Shown: positions 49,407-62,244 of the stretch, piece after piece
Layout of the letters: every line of letters begins with the position of its first letter
How positions within the stretch are numbered: position 1 is the first letter of the stretch
Assembly: GCA_964016885.1 (NCBI GenBank)
Contig: OZ024758.1
Location: forward strand, 25,854,001-25,918,000
Direction of reading: 5' to 3'
DNA: 64,000 nt
Source: Eledone cirrhosa
Lineage: Eukaryota
Made by a program: the position numbers and the translations under genes
The notes under the pieces: model-generated
Database searches by the model: none
What the model was told of the DNA's origin: nothing
What the model saw: the letters and a program-made list of their open reading frames with translations, nothing else

Positions 49407-49455
49407 ATACATACATATTTATATACACATACAAACATACATATACACACACATG

Positions 49456-49486
<31 letters not shown>

Positions 49487-49490
49487 ACAT

Positions 49491-49796
49491 ATTGGCCTTG
49501 CAATCGAAAGGTTGTGAGTTCAATTCTCAGACCGGGCGATGTGTTGTTTCCTTGAGCAAGAAACTTTATTTCACATTGCTCCAGTTTACTCAGCTGTAGA
49601 AATGAGATGATAGGGACTGGAGTCCCTATCATTCCACTGCAAAGTGGTTGTGGAGGTGCCATGGCAAAAAAGCACCCAGCACTCACTGTAAATGAGGTTG
49701 GTGTTAGGAAGGGCATCCAGCTGTAGACATCAAGCCAGAATCAGTTCCCGTCCCACCCTTGCAAGCAGGGAAAAAGCGGACGTAAAATGAAATGAT
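49491..49796 (+). mobile_element. Family-A SINE (slightly 5'-truncated)
   Basis: As the other copies. Confidence 0.9.
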
Positions 49797-49915
49797 ATAC
49801 ATGTGTGTGTATGTGTATATGTATGTTTGTATGTGTATATAAATATGTATATATATCTATATACATATTTATATACACATACAAACATACATATACACAT
49901 ACACACACACACATG

Positions 49916-49948
<33 letters not shown>

Positions 49949-49956
49949 TAAATGGA

Positions 49957-49998
<42 letters not shown>

Positions 49999-50329
49999 GC
50001 TGCCAAATAGGCAAGCAACATATTTATTGATTTGTGGCATGAAACAAATTGCTACGTCAATGTTTTTATTTATCTCATCTTTTGGTCATTTATCAGTTAT
50101 AAGTGATGTGTGCATTCATCGGACTGAAATAATTTATAATTTCAGGAATCGGAAACAAATACACAATTTCGATATACTTTTAATTAAGAGACCAGCAAAT
50201 GAGGGAAATAAGAGAAATTGAAATTATGCGATAATTTGCACACTTAAAAAAGCCATCGGAGGATGTTCGGAATATTAGATTACAAGATACAGAAATGTGC
50301 TTTAATAACTGGTCACTTGCATTGAGGTT

Positions 50330-50560
50330 CTGTATAGTATAGACCTGTAACTCTTGAGGGAATCGTAGAGGCGCCATATTGACATGCGGCGTTTTGTAGA
50401 GGCGTTTGTAAACCTGCCTGAGCCCGTCTCCTCTCCGGAGGGAGGGGTTGGGGGGCTTTAGGGATAACTGGAGACTAACACGAGAAGATTTAGGGGTGAG
50501 ATTTCAGCGCGAAATGAGTCAACACTTGAGATCCGGCAGTAGATAATAGAGTGTATAATT
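50330..50560. promoter_or_regulatory. GC/CpG-enriched unique patch, possible promoter or enhancer
   Basis: YY1-like GCGCCATATT, G-runs, TGAGTCA (AP-1-like) and raised CpG. Confidence 0.3.
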
Positions 50561-50668
50561 CAAATCGGAATTCTGCATGAAAGATATTTAGACACATGCT
50601 ACATTACTTGGAGAGAGATAGAGAAAGAGAGAGAGAGAGAGAGAAGGAGGGGGGCGTACATCCAACGA

Positions 50669-50960
50669 GGCCAGTATTTTGGGTCAACGTTTATAAATGT
50701 GGCCAGTATTTGGGGTCAACGTTTATAAATGTGGCCAGTATTTGAGGTCTGACGTTTATAAATGTACCCAGTATTTTGGGTCTGACGTTTATAAATGTGG
50801 CCAGTATTTTGGGTCTGACGTTTATAAATGTAGCCAGTATTTTGGGTCTGACGTTTATAAATGTGGCCAGTATTTTGGGTCTGACGTTTATAAATGTGGC
50901 CAGTATTTTGGGTCTGACGTTTATAAATGTAGCCAGTATTTGGGGTCTGACGTTTATAAA
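50669..50960. repeat. Minisatellite, ~9 x 33 bp
   Basis: GGCCAGTATTTTGGGTCTGACGTTTATAAATGT. Confidence 0.95.
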
Positions 50961-52155
50961 ACTGGCTCAAGTGCAACGTATATCAGCAACAAAACTTAGA
51001 TGAAGATTATTCAAGCTTGTCTTCATAATGAACAAGAATATACCAATAAAATAAACCAGCTTGTATCTTCTAGTTTACAAACATTGAAAATCATTTCTCT
51101 ATAATATTAATAATAATAGTGATTCATTGATTGAGAGAGAGAAGAAAAAAACTGAAAGACTTGAACCGACACAAGACGATTTCTTTACATAATTCTTTAC
51201 ATGCCTTCAGCTATTTCAAGATAGAATAGAAGAGGCAGTAACTTTCAGTCTCAACAAATTCCCACACTAATATTCCAATGGAAACCCTTTGGGATATTCC
51301 GGCATCTATTTGAATTTCATCCACGTCACCATTGAAATTATTCCTAATCCAGAAAATAGCTTTAGAAAACAGGACCATGTATTTTTAGCTTATTTGCCAA
51401 GAAACTCACAGCCCCGTTTTTTTTTTTTTATGTGTGTGACTTCGATTTAGGACCCAGTATATAAAAATATAAATATTACATACATTCGTTATATATAATA
51501 AAAACAAAGAAAAAAAAAATAAAATTTATGCTGAACTGAAAATAATATTTTTTCTTATTACGACTTAGATTTTTTTTTTGTTGTTGTTGTTGTTGTTTAA
51601 ATATATCAGAAAAACTATAAAAAAAATAAAAAGTCAATTGAAAAGTTTGGTGTTCACTAACAGTTACTATGGTGAAATAGACAACAACAGCTTGTGTAGC
51701 TGGTGACCAAAAGATTTGCATAATATATTCACATGACCTATATTATACTCAGTGCATATGTTAAAGGACAAAGGTCGTAGAAATCAATAGATAAAACAGA
51801 GAATGAATAAGTTAGTATTATATGAAAGCTCGACAGCATACTAGCTCCACCTTATGTCTACACCACACACACACACACACATACATACATACAAACATAC
51901 ATACATACATTCAAACACACATACATACATACAAACAAACATATATACATTCAAACATACATACAAACATATATACATACATACAAACATACATACATAC
52001 AAACATACATACATATATGTGCGCGCACACGCATACATATACGATATATATTTCGAGTGCGAGATTGGATATTCTGATTAGCGTAATAGAGATTTATAAA
52101 AGAAAATAGTTAAAATCTGTTGCTCTGAGATAAACAATGATAATAATAAATAAAC

Positions 52156-52200
<45 letters not shown>

Positions 52201-52233
52201 AGAGGTTAACTGGACTAGCATAAGGTTTCCCTG

Positions 52234-52271
<38 letters not shown>

Positions 52272-52781
52272 AAACATTTGTAACATAGTAGTAGTAGATG
52301 AAATTAAAAATGTGTAGGGTTTTTTCCGAAGTATATATATATATACATATATATCTATATATATACGTGAGTGTGCGTTAACACTATTTTAAAGATTATA
52401 ACAGAAAAAATACTTAAATGAAAGAAATATTATAATAATAGTGAAGTTTCGAAGCAAAATACAGAGTTGCCTTTAACCCTAACAAAGAGTTGAAAAGGTT
52501 GATAGTCAATGCCAGGTCATTGGTACGTAGTCAACAATTACAGAGGTCATGTATATTTCATACAACAATGAACATATAATAGTGCGCGCATGTGTCAAAG
52601 GGCTTTTGTGTGTTCGATTTCATTAGTGACGAGGAGGTAATCAAACATATTATATTAGAAAATAAAAGATAAAAAAAACACCCTGCTATAAGATTAAATG
52701 TAAACTAATCCGCATTGGCTCCACAAAGACTAAACAATTTACGACACTATATATACAACAATCGGTTACACTTAAGAAATT

Positions 52782-52820
<39 letters not shown>

Positions 52821-53052
52821 AGTATAAAACTAAATTGAAAGTAAATAACAAAAATAAACAATGACAATAGGAAAAGAATGGCGGGTATTAAATTATGAAG
52901 AAAAAGGATTGAGAAAGAATTTCCTATTCGTATACACAGCTCCATTATTGAATGCAGAACAGACATCCGTGGTGTAATTTAACAGACAAAAAGTAGTTAT
53001 ATCTATAACTATAAATGAATTTTTAACGATTACAGTAGTCAAAATAGACTAA

Positions 53053-53192
53053 CTTACCTCTTTAAGTTTCTTATAAATCGAATCGCATTCAATGATTTTC
53101 TTTCATATAAAGCAAGCAACTTAAAGGTCAGAGGTTGTGACCTGCATATGTTGGGGTACCTAAACGCATAAGAAACAGTTTAGCTGATTGGT
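53053..53192 (-). promoter_or_regulatory. Candidate promoter and non-coding first exon
   Basis: Perfect donor GAG|GTAAGT (exon edge 53058), CCAATCAG box at ~53183-53190, and nuclear-receptor half-sites at 53123-53143. Confidence 0.4.
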
Positions 53193-54936
53193 TTATAGTG
53201 ATATAACGTTATTGGCATCCTCAAGTTAGTGATGAGATGTTACGCGACATTACGTGACTTGTAAGGAAGAAACATTGTTTTTCACCCGTAGCCGTCAATA
53301 CAATGTAGTTGTTATTAAAACGAAAGTGATAAAATATAAAATGAATGTTAAATCGTTTTACTTTCAAGTCGTATATTTTTTATTTTATTTTAATTCTGTT
53401 GTTATTATAATGGAAATGAAGTTATACAGTTTTCCTTCTCTGTGTTTAATGGTATTCGATTCTTTTTTTTTGTTTTTTGTTTGTTTTTTTTATTTTTTTA
53501 ATATGATGTTATAATTAGCTTATTTAATGCAGAAGCTGTTTCAAGCGATGTTAAATTACGTTTGAAATATAAAATTAAAAAATATTTCAGCATCTTTGGG
53601 CATAGTTATTGGGCTAAGGGAGATAATCCACTAATATTGTGTCATTCTCTTTTAATTGTGATCTCCCTTGATCTAAGGTTTACAGCGTGAAAAAAATGTG
53701 ATTTATTAATTAGTGTAATGCGCGCGAACAACTTTACCGCTAATTTAAGTTGAGAAAGCATGAACTTTTTAACTTCACATTTACCGTACTTTATACAATT
53801 TAAGTTTTCATGTCTTTGATGAAAAAAACATGATTGGCCTACTAATGAGAATGTCTTAATATAAATATTTTGACACGAGGATTTTTATTACTGCAAATGT
53901 TGTTTAGCTTGAGATCAAAGACTTTCCAGCCGTGACCATGTCGTTATTTTAGACTGTATTATGTAGTGCATTATTCAACGTGTCCTTCCTATATGAAGGA
54001 AATATAGCTGCTATTTCTGGAAGATCAAGCGACCGTGTAACGCTTTCTTCATTGGACGGCATGACGAAAGTTTGCTTGAAAAGGAAAACTTTTTATAAGA
54101 CTGGTTTTAAAATATAGGGGTCACAGCTGAGATATGTCATGCTGTCAAATATGTGGAGCTTCCCCCTCCCCCCTAATTCTACACCCGCTTGCTTTCTTTC
54201 TTTCTTCCTTTTTTGGTAATTATGATATTGCGAATGTATTTATTTTAAATAAAGTTATTTTATTTATTTATTGTGTCAAAACATCGTCAATCTGGATTTT
54301 TGTCAAGCTGTGGTGGCTGTTATAGTACAGAAGTCACGTGTGAAGAAAAGAAAAAAATAGGGGTGGGAAAAAGTTGAGTTGAAGAAGTATGAGTGGGGTC
54401 TCTGCTTCACACCTACTCGTATTTGACAGACGAAATATACAGCAACAGTTGCTTGCTACTGGTTTTAGATAAGCTCTTACAAGCTTCTGTTTGCTCTACG
54501 TACTTTCATTTACTTACTGTTAAACAGTGAATACATGTTTACGTTTTGAGAAAGAAAAAAAAAACGAACGAAGCGTGTTAATTAATATCAAGTGTATTCA
54601 TATGATAGAGAGAGAATATGAGGGGTTTTTTCTTGCAATCAGCCTGCAGTAAGAGATAAAACCTTTTTTTTTTTTTGTCGAGAATTAGAAACTTTGATCC
54701 AGTCAAATGCTTCAACTTTCTAAAGTGAACACTTTATTTTGGTAACAGGAATCTGAATATTTAAGGTCGGTAAACATTTCTTATAAGAACTAACTTTCTT
54801 AAACCCAACTAAAGTAACCGAAAGAAAAGAACTTTCGTTAATCTGTCATGACCCAACCAAAGTTTATGCAGTTTAAAGAGTATTCTACTTTTACTGTTTT
54901 TGAATAGTTTCATAGGATGTTGGTAAACGCCGGATA

Positions 54937-54982
<46 letters not shown>

Positions 54983-56065
54983 GATATATATATATTATAT
55001 ATATATATATATTATATATTATATATATATATATATAATATATATATAATATATATAAAATGTATGAGTGTGAGAACTTTCTTTGCGATTTATTCATTAA
55101 CCTGTTCTATTCTGAACATTCTTAAGTTTGCAGGTATGTGTATAAAGTTTACGACAACGTGCATACTTTTTTTTTAATTTATTTAATTCAAATGTTTGGG
55201 GAAAATATAAATGGAATTTGTTTTAATAAATTAAATATTGTGATATCCACGTGCGCTAGGATTCGATATTGACTGTGCTGATCACCAAGTTATTTAACAG
55301 TTAATACAATCTTGTTATGTAAGAAAATCGTTTTAATTAATTAATCTCGGAGCTCCGCAACAGACTTCTCCCATCCCTCTCTCGCTGCTTGTTTTGGCAT
55401 GAAGGCTAATAAAAGAGAAGAATTTACTCTCTGTGCCAATATACAATATAATACCATTATGGAATGCGAACTGGGGATATTTCATCCTTGCTCCTGTGAA
55501 GGGTTTAAACCAAAGAGGAAGCCTCTAAGTGGTCGCTAGAAATAGCAACTAAATCTCTCTCACATAATACCTTATCGTCTTAGAGAAAAAAGGAAACATT
55601 CGATAATGTAGTCTTGTATAAAATATATCTGGAAAATAAAATGGGATAATCCTGGTTGGAACATATTTTATTATAGATCTATTTGATTTTAGCCGGCTTG
55701 GAGCTAAGAACATGAAATGTTACAAAAAAAGCCCTCAACTAAATTTACACTATTATTATAGCCATCCTTACGGGGGTCGATAAAATAAAGTACCAGTCAC
55801 GCACTGGGGTCGATTTAATCGACTTTCCCCTCCGCCTAAATTGCTGTCCTTGTGCCTATACCAGAAATAATTATTATAACCAGCGGGATTTGAACTCAGG
55901 GCCTTTACGGTCTGAGTTCAAATTTGCCTTCATCCTTACGGGGTCGATAAAATAAAGCACTGGAGTAGTTGCTGGCCTTGTACCAAACGTAGAAACAACT
56001 ATTATAGCAGGCATCCTTCTGATAGAGATCGATCAGAGAGATCGATCAGAAGGATGCCTGCTATA

Positions 56066-56408
56066 ATGACAAATTTAACTTTTTATCATCATTCATGCTT
56101 CCCGAAATACGCCAAAACTACACCTGATGTACCCCTTCCATACACATGCACACGTGTGTATCATGACTCGTGCACTGTTCATTTTCCTGATGTTTGTGCA
56201 TTGCCCTATGTACTGTACATGCACTTTTTGATGAGTTGTGGTGCACCTGGGCACTGTACACAATATTTCATTATTATTATTATTATATCATGACTCGTAC
56301 ACTGTTCATTTTCCTGACATTTGTACATTATTCTATGTACGAAACATGCACCTTTGATGAGTTGTAGTGCACCTGAGCACTGTACACAATAATTTCATTA
56401 TTATTATT
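56066..56408 (+). pseudogene. CR1/L2-like LINE 3' end with a duplicated 3'UTR
   Basis: FYHHSCFP-like C-terminus, then a ~127-bp UTR plus (ATT)n tail present twice. Confidence 0.5.
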
Positions 56409-56649
56409 CCGGCTATTATATAAAAATGTAAAGATTTTCTTTTTATATCGATGGCCTTCGGATGTCTTTTGAGATCGACGCAGTTCGATGTTTTTTTTAA
56501 CAACTGTAAGTTACCAGTTGCATGAAATAGATAGGGAGTTCCAGCAGGGTGACGTTATGTTAAAATAAAGGATTTAGATTGTAGTGGTTAGTGCAGGATC
56601 TATGATGAAAGAGGTCCTGATATGGGTGACTTGAGTCGGAGAGTCAAAA

Positions 56650-56937
56650 GTCTAAAGTCTGTCTATAACCCGGAGGCTCATTAGGTCGGTGCTTATCCCG
56701 GTTTCATTAGCGTTAAGCGACTGAGAGTACAAGACTCCCCTTCCTCTGGACAGGGCGCTAGTCTATCGCAGGGTTAAACCCCCCTGCTATTGCTGGTACT
56801 CAGTTTCAGCTGAGTATACTGGAACAACGAGCAATGAAGTGTTTTGCTCAAGAACGCAACACACAACCCTGTCTATGATTTGAACCCGCGACATTATGAT
56901 CATAAGTCCAACACCCTTACCACTGGGCCACGCGCCT
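56650..56937 (-). mobile_element. tRNA-head SINE, family D
   Basis: GGCGCGTGGCCCAGTGG A-box, GGTTCAAATC B-box, CORE-like and V-like (CCCTGCGATAGACTAGCGCCCTGTCCAG) segments, and an (AGACTTT) tail. Confidence 0.8.
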
Positions 56938-57006
56938 GAAAATGACACTGCTGGGCTATTCTTTGATTCTTTCTTGTGTGGAATAATTTGATCTCATTTT
57001 AATTAC

Positions 57007-57552
57007 GATCTGAGTTCAAATCACGCCGAGGTTGACTTTGCCTTTCATCCTTACGGGGTCGATAAATAAAGTACCAGTAATGCACTGGGTAATTGCTGGC
57101 ATTGTGCCTAAAGTAGAAACAATTATTTTAAACCAAGTTTTTTCGGTCTGAGTTCAAATCCCGCTGAGGTTGACTTTGCCTTTCATCCTTACAGGGTCGA
57201 TAAATAAAGTACCAGTAATGCACTGATAATTGCTGGCCTTATGCCTAAAGTAGAAACAATTATAATAAACCAAGTTTTTTCGGTCTGAGTTCAAATCCCG
57301 CCGAGGTTAACTTTGCCTTTCATCCTTACGGGGTCGATAAATAAAGTACCAGTAATGCACTGGGTAATTGCTGGCCTTGTGCCTAAAGTAGAAACAATTA
57401 TAATAAACCAAGTTTTTTCGGTCTGAGTTCAAATCCCGCCGAGGTTAACTTTGCCTTTTATGCTTACGGGGTCGATAAATAAAGTACCAGTAATGCACTG
57501 GGTAATTGCTGGCCTTGTGCCAAAAGTAGAAACAATTATTTTAAACCAAGTT
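57007..57552 (+). repeat. Tandem tetramer of a truncated family-B SINE plus flank (~138-bp unit)
   Basis: TCTGAGTTCAAATC near 57009, 57147, 57284 and 57422. Each unit ends AAACCAAGTTT. Confidence 0.92.
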
Positions 57553-58453
57553 TCATTTAACTAGGGGCTCTAGCTTTGAGTTGTTTCACCCCCCTCTATA
57601 GTAACGGTCGAAGCTGCAGAGTGAGGAGACTATGTCCGTGAAGCAGGGGGGGGGGGGTTAAATGGTTTGGATCTTCGTCGGTTTCTACGGTGAGTGTTCC
57701 AGTTAATCAACAGAACAACCTGCTCCTGAAATTAACGTGTGCGACTGACACTTGTTTGTACTCTTAACGTAATTCTCAGGGAGATTCAGTATGACATTTT
57801 AAACTTGTGTGATCTCCAGTTTTACAGTGTTACTGTTTCACCTCCATATTTCCAGTTGACTTTATTACTCTTCATGATATCACATAGTTAGCAGTTATCA
57901 ACATTAAATTAAGCTATTAAATAAGTTATTTTGGCAGTAATATCCTAAGCAGATGATCAATTATGGTATAACTTCTAGAATATACAACTACATTATATTT
58001 AGCTGATAAAATAAAATGAGTTTTGATTTTTTTTTTTATTCATTTATTAGTTTCTGTAACCGTTAATGGACACACGTATATATTCTCTACAGTGTTCCTG
58101 TCTCTCTGTGTGTTTAAACCTCTCTGATAGACTCGTTCATTCCGTATGTTACATTAAATATTTAATATATCTAGATGCTACTATGGGAATTGTAACATTT
58201 GCCCTTTTTATTCAACCAAAGAATGAAACATCTTTTTTTTTTCCCGTTTTCTTTTCTTGTATATTTTCGTTTAGCAAGTTATAAATATTTAATCGGTCAT
58301 GTTTTAAAGAGTCACAATGGCCTGGCAGATAAACTGTCAGCCTCTTGGTACCATTTCTGGTGCTTAGCTATGCTTTGTGTAAGCCACTTAACCCCCTCCA
58401 TTTAAGTGGTTATACAACTATAGAGTGGTTTGGAAAGAATAAAGACGCGAGTA

Positions 58454-58633
58454 CAAGGGTAAGCTGAAAAGTATATAGGTTGACCAAGATACTCTCATGG
58501 AATGACCAAATGAGGTTTATTTTTCAACATAGGCAGTTATTAATAAGAAGAGTTGAAATTAATGCATGCAAGATTTCACAGCTCTAGCATCACTCCTTCA
58601 TAGTCTGCCTATGAACTTTTCAGTTGACCCTCA
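58454..58633. mobile_element. mariner-type MITE
   Basis: TA-CAAGGGTAAGCTGAAAAGT...ACTTTTCAGTTGACCCTCA-TA. Confidence 0.7.
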
Positions 58634-58688
58634 TATACCATAGTTAATTTAGTGTTAATATATTTAATGTAAGGAACATTGGTTAAGC

Positions 58689-58856
58689 CAGGGTTTCCTA
58701 AACTTTTTCAAACGTGAAACCCTTCTGGGGTTCAGAAACCTTTGTGGGAACCCCAAAGTCTAATACTGTTATATGGTTGTAATATAAATATACTCCTCTA
58801 CCTTTTTTCATGGAACCCCAGATACTTCTTTGCAGAACTCACTTTGGGAACCACTG
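58689..58856. mobile_element. hAT-type MITE
   Basis: CAGGGTTTCCTAAA...TTTGGGAACCACTG with a perfect 8-bp TSD GGTTAAGC. Confidence 0.85.
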
Positions 58857-58882
58857 GGTTAAGCTAATGTTAACATATTTAA

Positions 58883-59152
58883 CCCGTTTGGTACCATCAT
58901 GGCCAAAGACCACCCATTTTAACCTTTATATTACCAGCCCGGCCAGAACCAGCCCTGGTTCTGTGAAACAAAACCACCCATTTTAAAAGATCCTTATTTA
59001 AATCAAAGTCTTCCTACATAATTTTATATAAGAAGTATCTGTTAAAACCTTAATGAAATAATTAATAATTTTAGTAAATTCCCCAAAAGTTCTTCATTAA
59101 TTAATTAAAATGAAATAGGGTGTATTTCATTAGAAACACGGTTGCAAAAGGG
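58883..59152. mobile_element. Second piggyBac-type MITE family
   Basis: TTAA-CCCGTTTGGTACC...GGTTGCAAAAGGG-TTAA. Confidence 0.65.
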
Positions 59153-59261
59153 TTAATGTAGGGAAATTTGGTTAAATGAAATAAATCTTTATTGAAAATC
59201 AATAATAATTTCATGGGAAGAATGAGAAGAAAAAAATAAGAGGCAAACTCTATACCTCTGT

Positions 59262-59672
59262 TTAGGTGTTTCAGACATCACCAGCCACCAGACCTTCCAA
59301 CCAGGGCCTTAATCTGATTTGATGTAGCAGCTACAAGCTGGAAGAGGCCCTGCACCAGATGCCTAGATATCATCAAGGAAGATCATCTTAGTGGGTGTGC
59401 AGAAGGGCTGGCAGAAGTGGACCTGGTTGGCTCTACATGTAATGATGCCTCTGTAATCACTGACCTAAGATGACCCCAGTCTCATCGAGCAAGAAGAAAG
59501 TGATATATCTCAGCTGTGCCCTACAAAAAAGATGACGACAGCATTGCTGCAGAGAACAGCTTGTAACACCTGCTGAATTAGCTGTTCTACTTTACAGGGC
59601 TCCTTCCTGGGGTCTGATGCACTCTTCAATGTTGTGCAGGAAAACAGCTGTTGAGAGACCAAGGACACCAAA
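59262..59672 (+). pseudogene. Degenerate RTE-like LINE fragments
   Basis: SWKRPCTRCLDIIKED resembles the W.RP.GRP..RW.D.I C-terminus. Many stops. Confidence 0.45.
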
Positions 59673-59700
59673 CATCTTAAGTTAATGTTAACATATTTAA

Positions 59701-59916
59701 CCCTTTACCATTTACATTACTCTATATATACTATTGTATTTTTGTGGTAATTGTGGTACATAATTATCTCACATAATATCAATTCTATGAGATTTTGATG
59801 TTATTTATTTTGAGAACAATACCTCAATGTCAGTATGAGCGGCCAGTTACGGCTGGTTTGAACAGAAAGATGTGAGAGAATTCTGGGTAGATACATCTGG
59901 TTTAAATACTAATGGG
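59701..59916 (+). mobile_element. piggyBac-type MITE
   Basis: Same family as 1839-2045. Confidence 0.8.
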
Positions 59917-59934
59917 TTATAATGTAAAGAGTAT

Positions 59935-60750
59935 TGGTTAAGTTAGTGTTAACATATTTAACGTTAGCAGCATTAATCACGTTAGTTAACATATATGAAA
60001 ATAACATTGGTTAAGTTAGTGTTAACAAATTATATGAAAATAACATTGGTTAAGTTAGTGTTAAGATATATGAAAATAACATTGGTTAAGTTACTGTTAA
60101 CATATATGAAAATAACATTGGTTAAGTTAGTGTTAACATATATGAAAATAACATTTGTTAAGTTAGTGTTAACATATTATATGAAAATAACATTGGTTAA
60201 GTTAGTGTTAACATATTATATGAAAATAACATTGGTTAAGTTAGTGTTAAGATATATGAAAATAACATTGGTTAAGTTAGTGTTAACATATTATATGAAA
60301 ATAACATTTGTTAAGTTAGTGTTAACATATTATATGAAAATAACATTGGTTAAGTTAGTGTTAACATACATGAAAATAACATTGGTTAAGTTTGTGTTAA
60401 CATATTTAATGTTAGGAGTATTAATGAAGTTAGTTAACATATTTGAAGAGAATATTGATTAAGTTAGTGTTAACATATATGAAGAGAGGATTGGTTAAGT
60501 TAGTGTTAACATATATGAAGAGAGGATTGGTTAAGTTAGTGTTAACATATATGAAAATAACATTAGTTAAGTTAGTGTTAACATATATGAAAATAAGATT
60601 GGTTAAGTTAGTGTTAACATATATGAAAATAACATTAGTTAAGTTAGTGTTAACATATATGAAAATAAGATTGGTTAAGTTAGTGTTAACCAATGTGATT
60701 TTCATATAATATGTTAAGTTAGTATTAACATATTTGAAAATAGCATTGGT
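59935..60750. repeat. AT-rich minisatellite, ~22 x 36-39 bp
   Basis: ATATGAAAATAACATTGGTTAAGTTAGTGTTAACAT. Confidence 0.95.
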
Positions 60751-61043
60751 TACAACAATATTTATAGATTCCTTCTTTACTTGAGGCCTTAAGTACATAC
60801 ATATATTGTTTAATGGTTAATCAAGGGCTGATCAGAGCATAGGCTTCACTTCTGCTCAAGTATTGATGAAAAAAAAAAAATCAATATATACATAGTTGTA
60901 TATTTTTTGGCATAGGAAAATTTAATTGTTTGAAATCAGTTGTAGTTGATTAACTCTAGTCTACTGTAAACAAACAGACTATGATCAAAGACATTCCTAT
61001 TATAACCGTTATTTCTCAAACTACATTATCCCTCTTCTTTTAA

Positions 61044-61264
61044 CCCCTTACCATTTACATTAGTCTATATATACTATTATATTTTCACAGTAAACACTTT
61101 ACCTCACATAATTATCTCACATAATATCAAATCTACGAGATTTTGATATTATTTATTTTGAGAACAATACCTTAACATAAGTATGAGCAGCTGGTTACAG
61201 CCGGTTTGAACAGAAAGAGGTGGGAGAATTTTGGCTGGATACGGCTGCTTTAAATTCTAAAGGG
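61044..61264 (+). mobile_element. piggyBac-type MITE
   Basis: Same family. Confidence 0.8.
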
Positions 61265-62043
61265 TTGATATGATAGAGTGAGGGTTAGAGAAGATTTTGT
61301 TGCTATTTCTAGTAGTTTGAGTGACTGTATAGAGGCTCACTTGTTGGCTAGCTTAGTAAAGATATTTAAATACCCATTAATGTTCTAGATATAATATAGC
61401 AATAATACGATTTTTCTGAAAGTAGATCTACAAGAGTTGAGAAGACTTTTTAGCTAATAATTGTTTCTACTTTTGGCACAAGGCCAGCAATTACCCAGTG
61501 CATTACTGGTACTTAGCTAATAATGATGTTTAGTCCGGGGGGGGGGGGGGGAGAAGGTATGTGGGAGGAAAGGGTTCACAACTGGTTTCAAACACTTCTA
61601 TTTCTGTCTGTCAACAAATACATATATTTCAGTAGGTGTAGTCAAGTTTATACTTTGCCGATGAAGTCGTGATAAGATCAAAACAAATCAAGGAGTTGCC
61701 AAAATAATGAAAATAATTTTAGCCATCATCATCATCAATATTTCTTCTACGTTGACATAATTTGGTTGGTTTCCGTCTATCATAGCCTCCCTCTGCTTGT
61801 AATATTCCTTTGTCACGTCCTCTGGGAGGTTTAGAATTGTGTGATCAGCTCAAACCACCAGTGACACTTTTTCACCCAACAACTATCTTCGACATACAGC
61901 ACATGTCTATACCATTGTAAGTTGTGCTTATTTTTTTTTGTTGTTGCATACTACATCTGATTCCTCATATACTCAGTTTTTTTTTTTTCTCTCAGTTCAT
62001 CCACATCCCATCAAATCATTTTAATCATCATCATAATCATCAT

Positions 62044-62244
62044 TTAACCCAGCCATATCTGGCCAGAATTCTCTCACCTCTTTCTGTTCAAACTGGCTGT
62101 AACCAGCTGCTCATCCTGATGTTAAGGTATTGTTCTCAAAATAAATAATATCAAAATCTCATAGATTCGATATTATGTGAGGTAAAGCATTTACTGTGAA
62201 AATATAATAGTATATATAGAGTAATGTAAATGCTAAAGGGTTAA
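62044..62244 (-). mobile_element. piggyBac-type MITE
   Basis: Same family, ending TAAATGCTAAAGGGTTAA. Confidence 0.8.

Noticed and set aside
55120-55140. CAG|GTATGT recursive-splice-like site
   Set aside because: Lies in what looks like a repeat remnant next to (TA)n, with a weak pyrimidine tract.
61650-61710. Hammerhead-like CCGATGA-AGTC...GATC-AAAA-CAA...TTG-CC
   Set aside because: At least three core positions deviate and stem I does not pair. At best a dead relic.
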